Assembly: GCA_049325595.1 (NCBI GenBank)
Contig: JBMOLF010000001.1
Coordinates: forward strand, 64,001-128,000
Length of the DNA: 64,000 bases
Reading direction: 5' to 3'
Source of the DNA: Candidatus Babelota bacterium
GTDB lineage: Bacteria > Babelota > Babeliae > Babelales > Vermiphilaceae
Shown here one piece after another: positions 1 to 10,209 of this stretch. The position numbers and the translations under genes were made by a program. The stretch's first letter is position 1, and the number at the start of each line of letters is the position of its first letter. The notes below the pieces were generated by a model. It saw only the letters and a list, made by a program, of their open reading frames with translations. It had not been told where the DNA came from and made no database searches.

Positions 1-441
1 ATCGATCCAAAGCAATTTATTCTTATTAAATTAGTAAATAAAGAATGGCGCGTAGGACTTGAGTTTTTCACAAGCAGCGAAATGCTAGCTCTTATTTCCT
101 ACATCAACCAACTTCAAGAATTACAAAACAATTGGAAGCTTCAAATCACTGATAAAGAACGCTTTATAGAAGGATCTGGAGTACTCGCATTGCTTAATGC
201 TATTCGTGCAATAAGCAAACCATACATGAGCATTCAACGATACAAAGGTCTTGGAGAAATGAACCCTGAGCAATTGGGGGAAACCGCTATGGATCCAGTA
301 ACTCGTTCATTATTGCAAGTAACTATTCAAGATGCGCTTGAAGCAGATTCATGGTTTACCACTTTAATGGGAGATGATGTTTCTGGTCGTCGTAATTATA
401 TTGAAGAATACGGTCACTTTGTTAAAAACCTTGATGTATAA
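1..441 (+). CDS. gyrB: DNA gyrase subunit B, C-terminal part (5' end outside window)
   Basis: Frame open from base 1; [41 protein letters not shown]...NLDV is the GyrB C-terminus. Confidence 0.96.
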   Translation: MDPKQFILIKLVNKEWRVGLEFFTSSEMLALISYINQLQELQNNWKLQITDKERFIEGSGVLALLNAIRAISKPYMSIQRYKGLGEMNPEQLGETAMDPVTRSLLQVTIQDALEADSWFTTLMGDDVSGRRNYIEEYGHFVKNLDV

Positions 442-444
442 GCA

Positions 445-1413
445 ATGAACATTATTAATTTGGTAATTTCATACATTCAAAAACATATGTTAATCCCCTC
501 CGGCACTAGCGTGCTGGTGGGGCTTTCTGGTGGCCCTGATTCAGTTTTCTTACTGCATGTTTTGGTGTTATTGCGCAATCAAGGATTAATTACCGATTTT
601 ATGGCAGCACATCTTGATCATCAATGGCGTGAGGATTCAGCAAAAGATGCACAGTTTTGCAAAGACTTGTGCAAAAAATGGAAAGTACCACTTATTATCA
701 ATAAACTTTCTGATTTGGGCATTTCACAAAAATCCACAGGATCTAAAGAAGAACTTGGTCGCCGTGCTCGTAGACAATTTTTTGAACAAGTAAAACGAGA
801 TTATGAGCTTGATCGTATTGCACTTGCCCATCACGCGCAAGATCAACAAGAAACATTTTTTATTCGTCTCATTCGCGGTACCAGTTTAACTGGATTAACC
901 GGTATGCGCCCCCAATCAGGTGATTACATTAGACCTTTATTAGAGTTAAATAAAAATGATATTGTTGCTTATCTTGATAAGCATGCAATTCCTTATATTA
1001 TTGATCCGAGCAACCTTTCAGAAGAATATTTGCGCAATCGCATTCGCTTAAAAGTAATTCCCGCATTGCAAGCATGTGATACACGCTTTGATCAAAACTT
1101 TGCTCAAACACTTGCTCGTTTGCAAGAGACTGAAGATTATTTAGAAGAACATACCACTCAAGAATTTGCAAAAATTGCTACGCCAGATTATAAAACAATC
1201 ACGGTAAACAATTTGCTCTCGTATCCATCTTTAATGCGCTATCGATTGCTGATGCACTGGATGCAAGCAAATAATGTGCGCATTCCTCTAAGCCAATCAT
1301 TTTTAGATGAAATACTGAGATTTTTGAGTAGTCCACACGGCGGCGCTCACGATTTACATCATGAATGGCGTATTGAGAAAAAATCTGGCATGGCAACGAT
1401 CAGCAAAAATTAA
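445..1413 (+). CDS. tilS: tRNA(Ile)-lysidine synthetase
   Basis: SGGPDS PP-loop, AHH..DQ.ET, IRPLL, DPSN...Y.RN.IR motifs. Confidence 0.95.
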   Translation: MNIINLVISYIQKHMLIPSGTSVLVGLSGGPDSVFLLHVLVLLRNQGLITDFMAAHLDHQWREDSAKDAQFCKDLCKKWKVPLIINKLSDLGISQKSTGSKEELGRRARRQFFEQVKRDYELDRIALAHHAQDQQETFFIRLIRGTSLTGLTGMRPQSGDYIRPLLELNKNDIVAYLDKHAIPYIIDPSNLSEEYLRNRIRLKVIPALQACDTRFDQNFAQTLARLQETEDYLEEHTTQEFAKIATPDYKTITVNNLLSYPSLMRYRLLMHWMQANNVRIPLSQSFLDEILRFLSSPHGGAHDLHHEWRIEKKSGMATISKN

Positions 1414-1434
1414 TTTATATGTTGGGATGAAAAA

Positions 1435-1854
1435 ATGACCAATCAAATCAAATTTGCGTGTGAAATTTTTATTATTAATAACAATTCATTATTACTTGGC
1501 AAAAGAAAAAATTTTTACGGCGAAGGTATGTGGGCTTTACCAGGGGGGCATTTAGAATATGGTGAAACTCTTATTGATTGTGCAAAGCGAGAATTAAAAG
1601 AAGAACTTGGTATTGAAAATGCTCAACTACAACTTATTGCAATAACCGATGACATTAATCAAGAACGTCATTACCTTCATGCGTCATTTTTACTCAATAA
1701 TTATAATGGTCCGATTATGCTAATGGAACCAGACAAATGCTATGAATGGAAATATTTTAATCTCTATCAATTACCACAAGAATTTTTTGAACCACATACA
1801 AAAATATTAAAAACATTTTTCAATAACTCTATTTATTTATCGAGCAACACATAA
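1435..1854 (+). CDS. NUDIX hydrolase
   Basis: Nudix box GGHLEYGETLIDCAKRELKEELG; EPDKC..W motif. Confidence 0.92.
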   Translation: MTNQIKFACEIFIINNNSLLLGKRKNFYGEGMWALPGGHLEYGETLIDCAKRELKEELGIENAQLQLIAITDDINQERHYLHASFLLNNYNGPIMLMEPDKCYEWKYFNLYQLPQEFFEPHTKILKTFFNNSIYLSSNT

Positions 1855-1896
1855 TATCATGGGGAGAATAGTATTCCCCCCTTATTGGATTAGCAC

Positions 1897-2805
1897 TTAT
1901 AATTTTACTGCGCTTAACGTAGCAACAACTGGTAACCCGGTTATTAGACCACCATTATTTAAAAAGTCATTAGCGCTTAAGCGCAATACATCACCTTGAT
2001 TAAAAAAAGCAAGAAAGCTATATGATGCCGTTTTAGGATCGGTAGATTCTATGGTGGCAGCAACTTGGCTTTGGGGCAAAATAGCAATATTATTTACCGT
2101 CACCTGCACTAAAAAATATCCCGTTGTAATACCCGAAATAGCAGTAAGCGAATAAGAAACTCGATAAAGCCCAGTAGTTGGACAAATAAATGTGGTATTG
2201 GTAAGCGTCCAATTATTATTAAAATCGATATTATTAAAATTAATGGTTGTAGCAGGAGTAGTAAATTGCTGCAAAGTAGTTTTATTTACTTGAAACAAAT
2301 TGTCCTGCACAAATACTCCTGTTGGTCCTTGGGCACCTTGCGCACCAGTAGCTCCTTGACCTGCTGGTCCTGTATTGCCGGTAATTCCTGTTATGCCCGT
2401 AGCACCTGGGATTCCTCCAAAGAAATTATTCCCATTAATAGAATCCACGCTTAAATTAGTTATCTGTGCATCAATACCTATTAAATCGATAGTGTTTAGT
2501 TCACTAAACGTAGCGCTATTGGCAGTCGTTACACAAGAATTAATTAATGTGGCTATAAGTTGTGGCGTTATTAATCTCGTACTACGCAAAATATTTTTAA
2601 CACAGAGAGACTGACATATACAGACTATTTTAGAAATGGTAGTTCTAGGTATATAGAATGTTTCTTGCCCACTATCATCCAATATATGTTGAAATGTTAA
2701 TTGGTCTTGTTCACCACAGGTATTATCATCAGCTTGTAAAAATGGCTGAAGAGAAATGATTAGTATAAATAATCTAATAAACATCTTAAAATGAATATAA
2801 AACAT
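1897..2805 (-). CDS. Secreted collagen-like protein with C-terminal C1q/BclA-like domain
   Basis: Signal peptide; G-X-T/G-X-Q triplets (GATGITGITGNTGPAGQGATGAQ); C-terminal F.CP.TGLY.VSY...F..GD.L.L pattern. Confidence 0.8.
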   Translation of the reverse strand: MFYIHFKMFIRLFILIISLQPFLQADDNTCGEQDQLTFQHILDDSGQETFYIPRTTISKIVCICQSLCVKNILRSTRLITPQLIATLINSCVTTANSATFSELNTIDLIGIDAQITNLSVDSINGNNFFGGIPGATGITGITGNTGPAGQGATGAQGAQGPTGVFVQDNLFQVNKTTLQQFTTPATTINFNNIDFNNNWTLTNTTFICPTTGLYRVSYSLTAISGITTGYFLVQVTVNNIAILPQSQVAATIESTDPKTASYSFLAFFNQGDVLRLSANDFLNNGGLITGLPVVATLSAVKL

Positions 2806-2818
2806 GTAGGCAATCTCC

Positions 2819-3736
2819 TTAATTAATTTTATTTACACTTAAGGTGGCGATATTTGGAATATTTTCAAAGCTAATATTAGATTGCCCAATAAAACCAAGA
2901 CGAATCGCATTGCCTGCATTTAACGCAGTAATAAAGGTGTGAGTTGCTGACTCAATGTAGTTACTCGTATTTAAAAAAGCTCGATATTGAACGCTTGGAA
3001 ACAAAATGGCAAAGACACCATTTAACAATACAAATGTTTGAATGGATGCTGGTGGCGCACTGGTAGCAGTTCGGAAACTTATTACATAAGAAATTTCATA
3101 AATACCTGTTTCAGGGCAGATATATGCCGTATTTCCTATATTGGTCCACCCTTGAGCAAAATCAGTAGAATCAAAGGTAATAACTTGTGGGTCAGAGCTA
3201 TCAATTGGTGTAAAAGGAGTTGATAAACTTGCACGAAAATAACTAGTAGCTGCAGCTTTGGGTCCGGTATTGCCAGTAAATCCAGTCGCACCGGTATTAC
3301 CAGGAAGACCTTGGGGGCCCGTATTACCTTGAGGGCCTTGTGGACCAGTATTACCCGTTAAATTGCTCGTTATTAAACCGGTTCCATTAATAGTTTGAAC
3401 ACCGGTGAGAGAAGTAGCAATCAATGTATTGGCAATCAATGATGAAAACTGTACTGTTTGGGCATTAACGGTTGATGCATTGAGTATACATGTTGTTAGT
3501 TCGTTAGCATATAATTCATTACTACAACTATTTTCTCTAACTGATAGTGTATCTTCTACGCCCATCAAGTTAGCTATCACCGATGACTTAATTTTTTTCT
3601 TATCACTTTTGAAAATATTATTTTTAGACAAATCAGTAATTATCTCATTAACATCATTATAACAAACATTTGGAATCTTTATTTCTTGTGCACATAGCGA
3701 AGTAAATAATATAAATACAAGTAAAATGAAAGCCAT
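2819..3736 (-). CDS. Secreted collagen-like protein with C-terminal C1q/BclA-like domain
   Basis: Signal peptide; GNTGPQGPQGNTGPQGLPGNTG repeats; YICPETGIYEISY; paralog of both neighbours. Confidence 0.82.
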   Translation of the reverse strand: MAFILLVFILFTSLCAQEIKIPNVCYNDVNEIITDLSKNNIFKSDKKKIKSSVIANLMGVEDTLSVRENSCSNELYANELTTCILNASTVNAQTVQFSSLIANTLIATSLTGVQTINGTGLITSNLTGNTGPQGPQGNTGPQGLPGNTGATGFTGNTGPKAAATSYFRASLSTPFTPIDSSDPQVITFDSTDFAQGWTNIGNTAYICPETGIYEISYVISFRTATSAPPASIQTFVLLNGVFAILFPSVQYRAFLNTSNYIESATHTFITALNAGNAIRLGFIGQSNISFENIPNIATLSVNKIN

Positions 3737-3750
3737 ATTTTTCCTTTTTA

Positions 3751-4626
3751 TTAACCAACACGATTGATAGCTAATGTTGCACTGGTGCTAAATATACCGA
3801 GATTGAGTTGTATTGGGGGCTCGGCAATGAATGCAAGCCGTAATTGATCGCCTGCAGATAGTGATATTAAAAAAGTTTGAAATAATGATACAAGTTCACC
3901 GTTATTTCCTGTGTAATAACCTCCTGCATAACTAGCAGGAATAGCATTAGCAGTAGCTGTACCATTTAAAAGAATTACTCCTTGAATTGGGGCTGGAGAA
4001 TTATCTGTAGTGTTAAAGGTAAGTGAATATGAAATTTGATATATTGCCGTTTGTTGACAGGTAAAAATAGTATTGGTGCCATCAACAGTCCATCCAGAAA
4101 TAAAAAAAGGTATTACTGATGTAACCACTTGTGGATCAATACTAAATGCTTGTGCTTGTTGAATATCATCTTTTGTGGCCATTAAATAATTTTGTGGTGA
4201 TGTTGGTAATCCGGTGGGACCGGTTAATCCCCTTGGGCCTGTATTACCGGTTAACCCATTAGCGCCCGGTGCTCCTTCTGCTCCTTGAGCACCTGCAGCA
4301 CCCGTAGGGCCTGTTCCTCCAAGGCTTTCTATTGATTGACCATTAATTGTTTCAATACCAGTAATATTGGTAATAATTGCTTGTACCGCAGTAACGGTAT
4401 CAGTTGTTAATGTTGATACTCTCAAAACAGGATCTTGTAAATTTTGAGTTTGAATTGAATCAGCGCATACCACTTGCGTACAGACTTTTTTAGCGCATAA
4501 ATTATTTTTTACCATAGCGTTTTGAACGCATAGTCTATCGTAATTTTTCGATTTATTATTAGATCGTACGTGATCATACCCTCTTATGCACGTAGTAGCT
4601 ATTAAAAAAAACACACACAATCTCAT
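3751..4626 (-). CDS. Secreted collagen-like protein with C-terminal C1q/BclA-like domain
   Basis: Start moved to ATG 4626 (AAGGAG RBS upstream, signal peptide MRLCVFFLIATT); GPTGAAGAQGAEGAPG repeats; FTCQQTAIYQISY, L.AGDQLRL. Confidence 0.8.
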   Translation of the reverse strand: MRLCVFFLIATTCIRGYDHVRSNNKSKNYDRLCVQNAMVKNNLCAKKVCTQVVCADSIQTQNLQDPVLRVSTLTTDTVTAVQAIITNITGIETINGQSIESLGGTGPTGAAGAQGAEGAPGANGLTGNTGPRGLTGPTGLPTSPQNYLMATKDDIQQAQAFSIDPQVVTSVIPFFISGWTVDGTNTIFTCQQTAIYQISYSLTFNTTDNSPAPIQGVILLNGTATANAIPASYAGGYYTGNNGELVSLFQTFLISLSAGDQLRLAFIAEPPIQLNLGIFSTSATLAINRVG

Positions 4627-4738
4627 ACTTACTCCTTTTTTTGTAAAATAATAAATAATAAAAAAAGGGTAGAACAAGATTTACCATAAAAAAAATTGCG
4701 CTTGTAATTAGGTAAAAGCGCTTTCTATTGCTGTATTT

Positions 4739-5362
4739 TTATTTAGAAACCCATTTATTGTTAATCAGATGAAAACGCCATAATTTATCTTGCGCTTGAG
4801 AAATACCAATACGTTGAGTGGTAACAATTAAAGATGAATTATTTTTTTCCCCTTGCATGAGATATAGATTATTTTTTTTATCAAGAAGCTTACCCTTATG
4901 TTCTAAAGTAATTCCCATTGCTTGAGTAAGTTTACCCGGACCATTGGTGATAGTGATAGGACAAGAAATGCCTCGATTAGATTTCATTATTTCTATGCCT
5001 TCAACTGGTTCTAAAGCTCGTATTAATACTCCACCAGCAGGCATGTCATTCGTTCGAGCAACGGTGTTAAAACAATAATGAATACCATAGCTTATGTATA
5101 CATATGCATGTCCAACTGGACCAAACATAGGGGCATTGCGATCCGTTTTACCTTTATAAGCATGGCTAGCTGGATCTTGTAAGCCTAAATAAGCTTCTGT
5201 TTCAACAATTTTGCCAACAAGCTTGGTGCCATTTATTTCGTGTACTAAATAACAGCCAAGAAGTTCTTTGGCAACAGTGATTGTATCTCGAGCAAAAAAT
5301 GAGTGACCCAAAATAGACATGTTTTCAACCTGCATTTTATTCTTATAAGAATAGTTTAGCAT
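4739..5362 (-). CDS. mpg: 3-methyladenine DNA glycosylase (MPG/AAG family); true start probably 5335 or 5320
   Basis: IVETEAYLG..DPASH, YVY.SYG.HYC.N, VLIRALEP, NGPGKL.QA, RIGIS motifs. Confidence 0.94.
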   Translation of the reverse strand: MLNYSYKNKMQVENMSILGHSFFARDTITVAKELLGCYLVHEINGTKLVGKIVETEAYLGLQDPASHAYKGKTDRNAPMFGPVGHAYVYISYGIHYCFNTVARTNDMPAGGVLIRALEPVEGIEIMKSNRGISCPITITNGPGKLTQAMGITLEHKGKLLDKKNNLYLMQGEKNNSSLIVTTQRIGISQAQDKLWRFHLINNKWVSK

Positions 5363-5487
5363 TTTTTCGAAAATTATTAAGTCTCTTACAGAGCACTAAA
5401 AAATCGTCTGTTGTTGCCTTACCTAAAAAAAATCCCTAGGCTCAAAAAGATAGCCTTATTGAAGCAAAGGCCTAGAGGGAGTAGTAC

Positions 5488-6543
5488 ATGAAAGACAGAT
5501 CGCTAAAAACCATCATTATTATCTTTTTACTTGTTCTACTCCTTCACTTATTATTATTTTTAGCTCTTTTTTTTATGCAAATGCAGCATGAATTTTCAAT
5601 GCCCCCTGTTCGCATGGAAGATTTAATGCAAAAACCAGCACAAGCGCAATCTCAATCATCACCCGAATCTAAACAAGAACAAGAAAAACCTGAAGAAGAA
5701 AAAAAACAAGAATGGGCTTCATTACGTCCCCAAGCTTCGTCATTTGGCGCGCCGGTAATATTGTATGATGAGCCAGATGATGGTGATTTACCACAAATAG
5801 AAAGCGCACAAGAAGCAATTGAACCAGATTACCAAGGTCCAGCAACTAACGAACAACCGGCCGAGCAAGAATTAGCACAAGAAGAGGATCTTACTCCAGA
5901 AGAAAAAAAATCCGAACCTGAACAAACCCCATTAATTGAGCCATTAAGCAAATCAATCGAACAACTAATAGAAAAAATATCACCCGAGACCCTAAATGCC
6001 GTACAAGAGCAAACACCATCGGTCAAACCTGCTCGTCAAACAAATCGGACAAAAAGAACACGCCGCAGAAAACGAGCACAAAAAAGACAAGCCGGCAAAA
6101 ATATTACCCTAGCCGATATTACTCAAGGATTTTTAGAACAATGGAAAAATAAAGGCCCTAACTTAGTGCGCATGTATGGAAATGATAATGCTGCGCCAAC
6201 TGATGAGCAAATACGTTACGAGCGTTACGCGGCGCGAATTTTATGGTGCTTACAAAATGCATGGAAAATAAAACTTTCAGAGTTACCCCGTCATGCCGCA
6301 GTCGAAAGTGAATTACAAATTTGTATGGTAATTAACAAACAAGGAAAATTAGAAAACGTAACCGTAGTTCGCTCATGTGGACATTCAGAAATCGATCGCT
6401 TTATTGTGGGAACTATTCAGTATGCGGGTAGTTCATTTCCCCCATTGCCAGGTTTTATCAAAGAAGAACCTTTTTATATGCCATGGATAATCAAACTTCA
6501 TTTAGAAAAACAGGGCGGACCAGCACGATTTAGCATGTACTAA
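5488..6543 (+). CDS. TonB/TolA-like protein (N-terminal TM, acidic/Pro-rich linker, TonB-C-like domain)
   Basis: Hydrophobic N-terminus; C-terminal I.K.G.L....V.RS.G..E.D......I..A...FPPLP pattern. Confidence 0.7.
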   Translation: MKDRSLKTIIIIFLLVLLLHLLLFLALFFMQMQHEFSMPPVRMEDLMQKPAQAQSQSSPESKQEQEKPEEEKKQEWASLRPQASSFGAPVILYDEPDDGDLPQIESAQEAIEPDYQGPATNEQPAEQELAQEEDLTPEEKKSEPEQTPLIEPLSKSIEQLIEKISPETLNAVQEQTPSVKPARQTNRTKRTRRRKRAQKRQAGKNITLADITQGFLEQWKNKGPNLVRMYGNDNAAPTDEQIRYERYAARILWCLQNAWKIKLSELPRHAAVESELQICMVINKQGKLENVTVVRSCGHSEIDRFIVGTIQYAGSSFPPLPGFIKEEPFYMPWIIKLHLEKQGGPARFSMY

Positions 6544-6615
6544 AACTCTTGTTAGACATCATAAAATAGCGCTACAGTAATAGCTATACTCGATTTTTGT
6601 TTGGAGGGATAAGCT

Positions 6616-8319
6616 ATGAAAACAAAATTTTTTATCTTAATACTTATTAGCATCACTCCTATTTATACTATGGAAAAAGAAAGGATTGATTTTAACGCTA
6701 ATGATCATTTACCAAAAAAAAGACGTAATACCTCATATCAACGACAAAACACTCATCCTAACCTTTCTTTACAACAAGAAGCTGAGCTTGAAACTAATCG
6801 GATTAAATTAGCTGATGCCATTGAATATAGTAATTTAGCGGCAATAAAAAAAATAATTAACAATAATCCTACTATTATTACTTCTTCATTTAATAGTGAA
6901 GATAATGACTCGCTGTTGCATATTGCGGCACAAAAAAAATGCTCTACAGAAACTTTACAGCTTTTATTAAAATTAGTTGACCAAACAGAAAACAAAAATG
7001 AAATTTTACAATCTACTAATTCAGCTGGGCGAACCCCTTTAATTGAAGCTATTATGCATAATAATTTAATAGCTTGTCGGCATTTTGTAGAACACAACGC
7101 TTCATATTTAGAAGCTTGCACACAAGATGATAAAACTTGTTTACATCTAGCAGTTTTAAAAGAAAACGAATTACTTGTAGCCGAAATATTAAAATGGGCA
7201 GAAAAGAAAAGCACATTAACTCTTAAAAAAATTTTATCCAGTATTGATTATGCGGGAAGAACCCCACTTTCACTTGCAGCATCTCAAGATAATGTAGACA
7301 TATTATTAAAAGTGGCAGATGAAAATACAATCAATTTAGAAGACAAAAAAGGATGCACACCTCTTTATTGGGCTACCTATCGTCAAAAACCAATTAATGT
7401 AAAAAAAATTGTTGAACGGGGAGCTAAAAACTCACCTAATAACGATGGAGATTACCCCTTACATGTAGCATGTACCATTAACACCAGCAAAGCTTACCAA
7501 TGCCTTAAAATACTCAGAAAATTTTCGGGCACTACGGAATTACGTAATAGCCAAAAACAAACTGCATTAATGGTTGCCGCCAAAAATTTAAATAAAAAAG
7601 CATTTAAATATCTCAAAAGAAAACGAGCCAATTTATTTGCCCAAGCACAACATGGCGAAACTATTCTTCATCTTTTAGCGGCTACCCCCCATGCACAAGA
7701 TTTTATCGCATACTATTTAAAAAAGAAAAAAGTGGCAGCTAACAATATGCTTGAAACGCCCGACGCCCAAGGAAGAACTCCCTTGTTTTATGCATTAGAA
7801 AATTTTGATAACTTTAAGTTTTTAGTAGAAAATTATGGTGCAAATATTACCGCTATCGATTTTAAGCTTAATTCCTTGCTTCATGTTGCATGTTCCAAGA
7901 AAAATTACAGCCAAGAAGTTATTGCTTACATTTTAAAACATGCTGCTGCCTTAATTGATTGGACTAATAATAATAGTGAAACTGCTTTAATAATCTCAAC
8001 TCAGTTAGGTCATACTACATGTATGGAATTACTATTAAAGCATGGTGCTAATATTAAAAAAACTGATTCAACAGGATGGACACCCTATCAATGGGCTGCC
8101 ACCAATGAAGGACCTGAATCGCTACAGATACTGAATAATACCAATCAAATGAGCTCAGAGGAAGCAAAATCAGCTTTAGAAGTAGCAAAAAAATCAAATA
8201 ACCAAGCAGCTATATTTTATTTAAAATCTTTTGAAAAAAGTAGTACATCAGAACAAAAAAGCGAACAAACATCTGCATCCTCTGATGAGCCACAAACCTC
8301 TTCTTCATTGACATATTAA
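6616..8319 (+). CDS. Ankyrin-repeat protein, signal peptide, putative host effector
   Basis: Many G.TPL..A / LLH.A repeats (GRTPLIEA, GRTPLSLAA, GCTPLYWA, GWTPYQWA). Confidence 0.93.
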   Translation: MKTKFFILILISITPIYTMEKERIDFNANDHLPKKRRNTSYQRQNTHPNLSLQQEAELETNRIKLADAIEYSNLAAIKKIINNNPTIITSSFNSEDNDSLLHIAAQKKCSTETLQLLLKLVDQTENKNEILQSTNSAGRTPLIEAIMHNNLIACRHFVEHNASYLEACTQDDKTCLHLAVLKENELLVAEILKWAEKKSTLTLKKILSSIDYAGRTPLSLAASQDNVDILLKVADENTINLEDKKGCTPLYWATYRQKPINVKKIVERGAKNSPNNDGDYPLHVACTINTSKAYQCLKILRKFSGTTELRNSQKQTALMVAAKNLNKKAFKYLKRKRANLFAQAQHGETILHLLAATPHAQDFIAYYLKKKKVAANNMLETPDAQGRTPLFYALENFDNFKFLVENYGANITAIDFKLNSLLHVACSKKNYSQEVIAYILKHAAALIDWTNNNSETALIISTQLGHTTCMELLLKHGANIKKTDSTGWTPYQWAATNEGPESLQILNNTNQMSSEEAKSALEVAKKSNNQAAIFYLKSFEKSSTSEQKSEQTSASSDEPQTSSSLTY

Positions 8320-8397
8320 TAAAGAAGACCTAAAAACGAAAAAAGATTTTATTCAGCTCTTTCTCCATGTTAATCTGTAAGTGAGACAAAAAAGGAG

Positions 8398-8970
8398 ATG
8401 CGTATGATTTTACGCAGAACACGCCTCGTTATTCTCATATGTATTACTGTTCATGGACTCCATGCACAATTATGCACATTGCATACTCATGCTGAATGGG
8501 AAAATTTGGAAAAACGTATTGCTACTAGTGAACGCTTTGGAAGCAAACTTATTCTTATTGGCACTTTAATGTTTAAAAAACGAGCAAATGAACCCATTAT
8601 TCTTAATCATTTACAAATGCAATGGCATGGCACTTATATTGATCAATTAAGCGCATCCTTATATCACAAAAAAAACAATCTTCGGTTCATTCCCCTTGAA
8701 GACAATCTCATATGTGATGGAATCTGGAACAAACACAAGCAACGCATTACCTTTAAATTTAATAAACCCTATTCTTTATCAGCGCATACCCAATTTTATA
8801 TTGTGTTATCAATTCCCTCCGAACTTGAAAACACTATGAAACTGGGCTCTTTCACTATAGAAAAAAATAGCATGCCTGATTTGATACAGTGTTCTATTCC
8901 CGATAAAGCTTGCATATTACAGATGGCACAAGGTTCCACAGCTCCAAATTTAGCTAGTATAGGCAAATAA
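8398..8970 (+). CDS. Hypothetical secreted protein
   Basis: 190-aa ORF with AAGGAG RBS and signal peptide-like N-terminus. Confidence 0.7.
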   Translation: MRMILRRTRLVILICITVHGLHAQLCTLHTHAEWENLEKRIATSERFGSKLILIGTLMFKKRANEPIILNHLQMQWHGTYIDQLSASLYHKKNNLRFIPLEDNLICDGIWNKHKQRITFKFNKPYSLSAHTQFYIVLSIPSELENTMKLGSFTIEKNSMPDLIQCSIPDKACILQMAQGSTAPNLASIGK

Positions 8971-9075
8971 TAAAAAAAGGCTTAGAGGCTGATCATTTTC
9001 AAAATAGAATTTTTTGTTATACTAAAAAACGAGTATAAATAGATTTCCCCTACATTTTTATCTTACGAGAAAGCT

Positions 9076-10206
9076 ATGGAAAAAAAAGATTACTATAGCA
9101 TACTAGGCGTTGCTAAAACGGCAACTAATGAAGAAATTAAAGCCGCATATCGCAAACTAGCGCTTAAGTATCACCCTGACCGCAATCCTAATAATAAAGA
9201 AGCTGAAGAAAAATTTAAAGAAGCAGCTGAGGCATACGAAGTATTATCTGATGAGAAAAAACGACGCCAATATGACCAATTTGGACATGCTGGATTAGGC
9301 GGTGGCATGGGTGGTGGCCCAGGCCATGGCATGAATATGGATGATATTTTTGAAAGCTTTGGCGATATCTTTGGTGATATTTTTGGTGGTGGTCGTCGTA
9401 GCGCCCGTAAAAAAACAGGGCCCGAGCCACGCCGCGGACACGATTTATCAAAAGATGTAGAAATTAGCCTTAAAGAATCTTATTTAGGTACCAAACACGA
9501 AATTGGTTACTATCATTATGAGCAATGTGATACGTGTAAAGGCAAAGGCGCTCAACCAGGAACTAAACCACATATGTGTGAAACCTGTAAAGGAACTGGC
9601 CAGGTTAACTTTACGCAAGGTTTTTTCATGTATTCACAAAGCTGCAGCGAATGTGGTGGCCAAGGATTTAAAATTCCATCTCCCTGTTTGACCTGCAACG
9701 GTCAATCCCGTGTTCAAATTTATGATAAATTTAACATCAATATCCCTGCTGGGATTTATGATGGAGCTGAGTTGCGTATTGCTGGCAAAGGTGATGCGGG
9801 TGTATATGGTGGACCCTCAGGTGATTTATTTGTTCGCGTACACGTAATGCCAGATAAAAAATTTGAACGCGTTGAAGATGATTTGGTATGCACTGTCTTG
9901 TTAACCTATCCACAATTGGTATTTGGCAGCCAGGTTGAAATAGAAAATATTGATGGTACCAAGGAAACCATAAAAATTCCTAAGGGCTGCCCAGTTGGTG
10001 AAAAACTTATTATTGCTGGCAAAGGTTTTAGTAAAATTCGCGGCAATGTAAAGGGTAATTTAGTAGTGGTTACACAATGTGACATCCCTAAAAAATTATC
10101 TTCCTCAGCCAAAGAATTGTTAACGAAATACTCTGAAGAAATTGGTACCACTATTGAAAATAAAGATGGATTTATCTCCGGATTATTCAAAAAATTTTTG
10201 GGGTAA
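9076..10206 (+). CDS. dnaJ: Chaperone DnaJ
   Basis: J domain with HPD, G/F-rich region, four CxxCxGxG zinc-finger repeats. Confidence 0.97.
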   Translation: MEKKDYYSILGVAKTATNEEIKAAYRKLALKYHPDRNPNNKEAEEKFKEAAEAYEVLSDEKKRRQYDQFGHAGLGGGMGGGPGHGMNMDDIFESFGDIFGDIFGGGRRSARKKTGPEPRRGHDLSKDVEISLKESYLGTKHEIGYYHYEQCDTCKGKGAQPGTKPHMCETCKGTGQVNFTQGFFMYSQSCSECGGQGFKIPSPCLTCNGQSRVQIYDKFNINIPAGIYDGAELRIAGKGDAGVYGGPSGDLFVRVHVMPDKKFERVEDDLVCTVLLTYPQLVFGSQVEIENIDGTKETIKIPKGCPVGEKLIIAGKGFSKIRGNVKGNLVVVTQCDIPKKLSSSAKELLTKYSEEIGTTIENKDGFISGLFKKFLG

Positions 10207-10209
10207 GGA

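Noticed and set aside
2266..4320. GC-rich short repeats, considered as CRISPR or VNTR
   Set aside because: They are collagen G-X-Y codons; there is no repeat-spacer periodicity and no cas genes.
6753..7214. 153-aa minus-strand ORF and other short overlapping ORFs (e.g. 49547-49900, 55394-55756)
   Set aside because: They lie inside well-supported genes and show no recognisable motifs.
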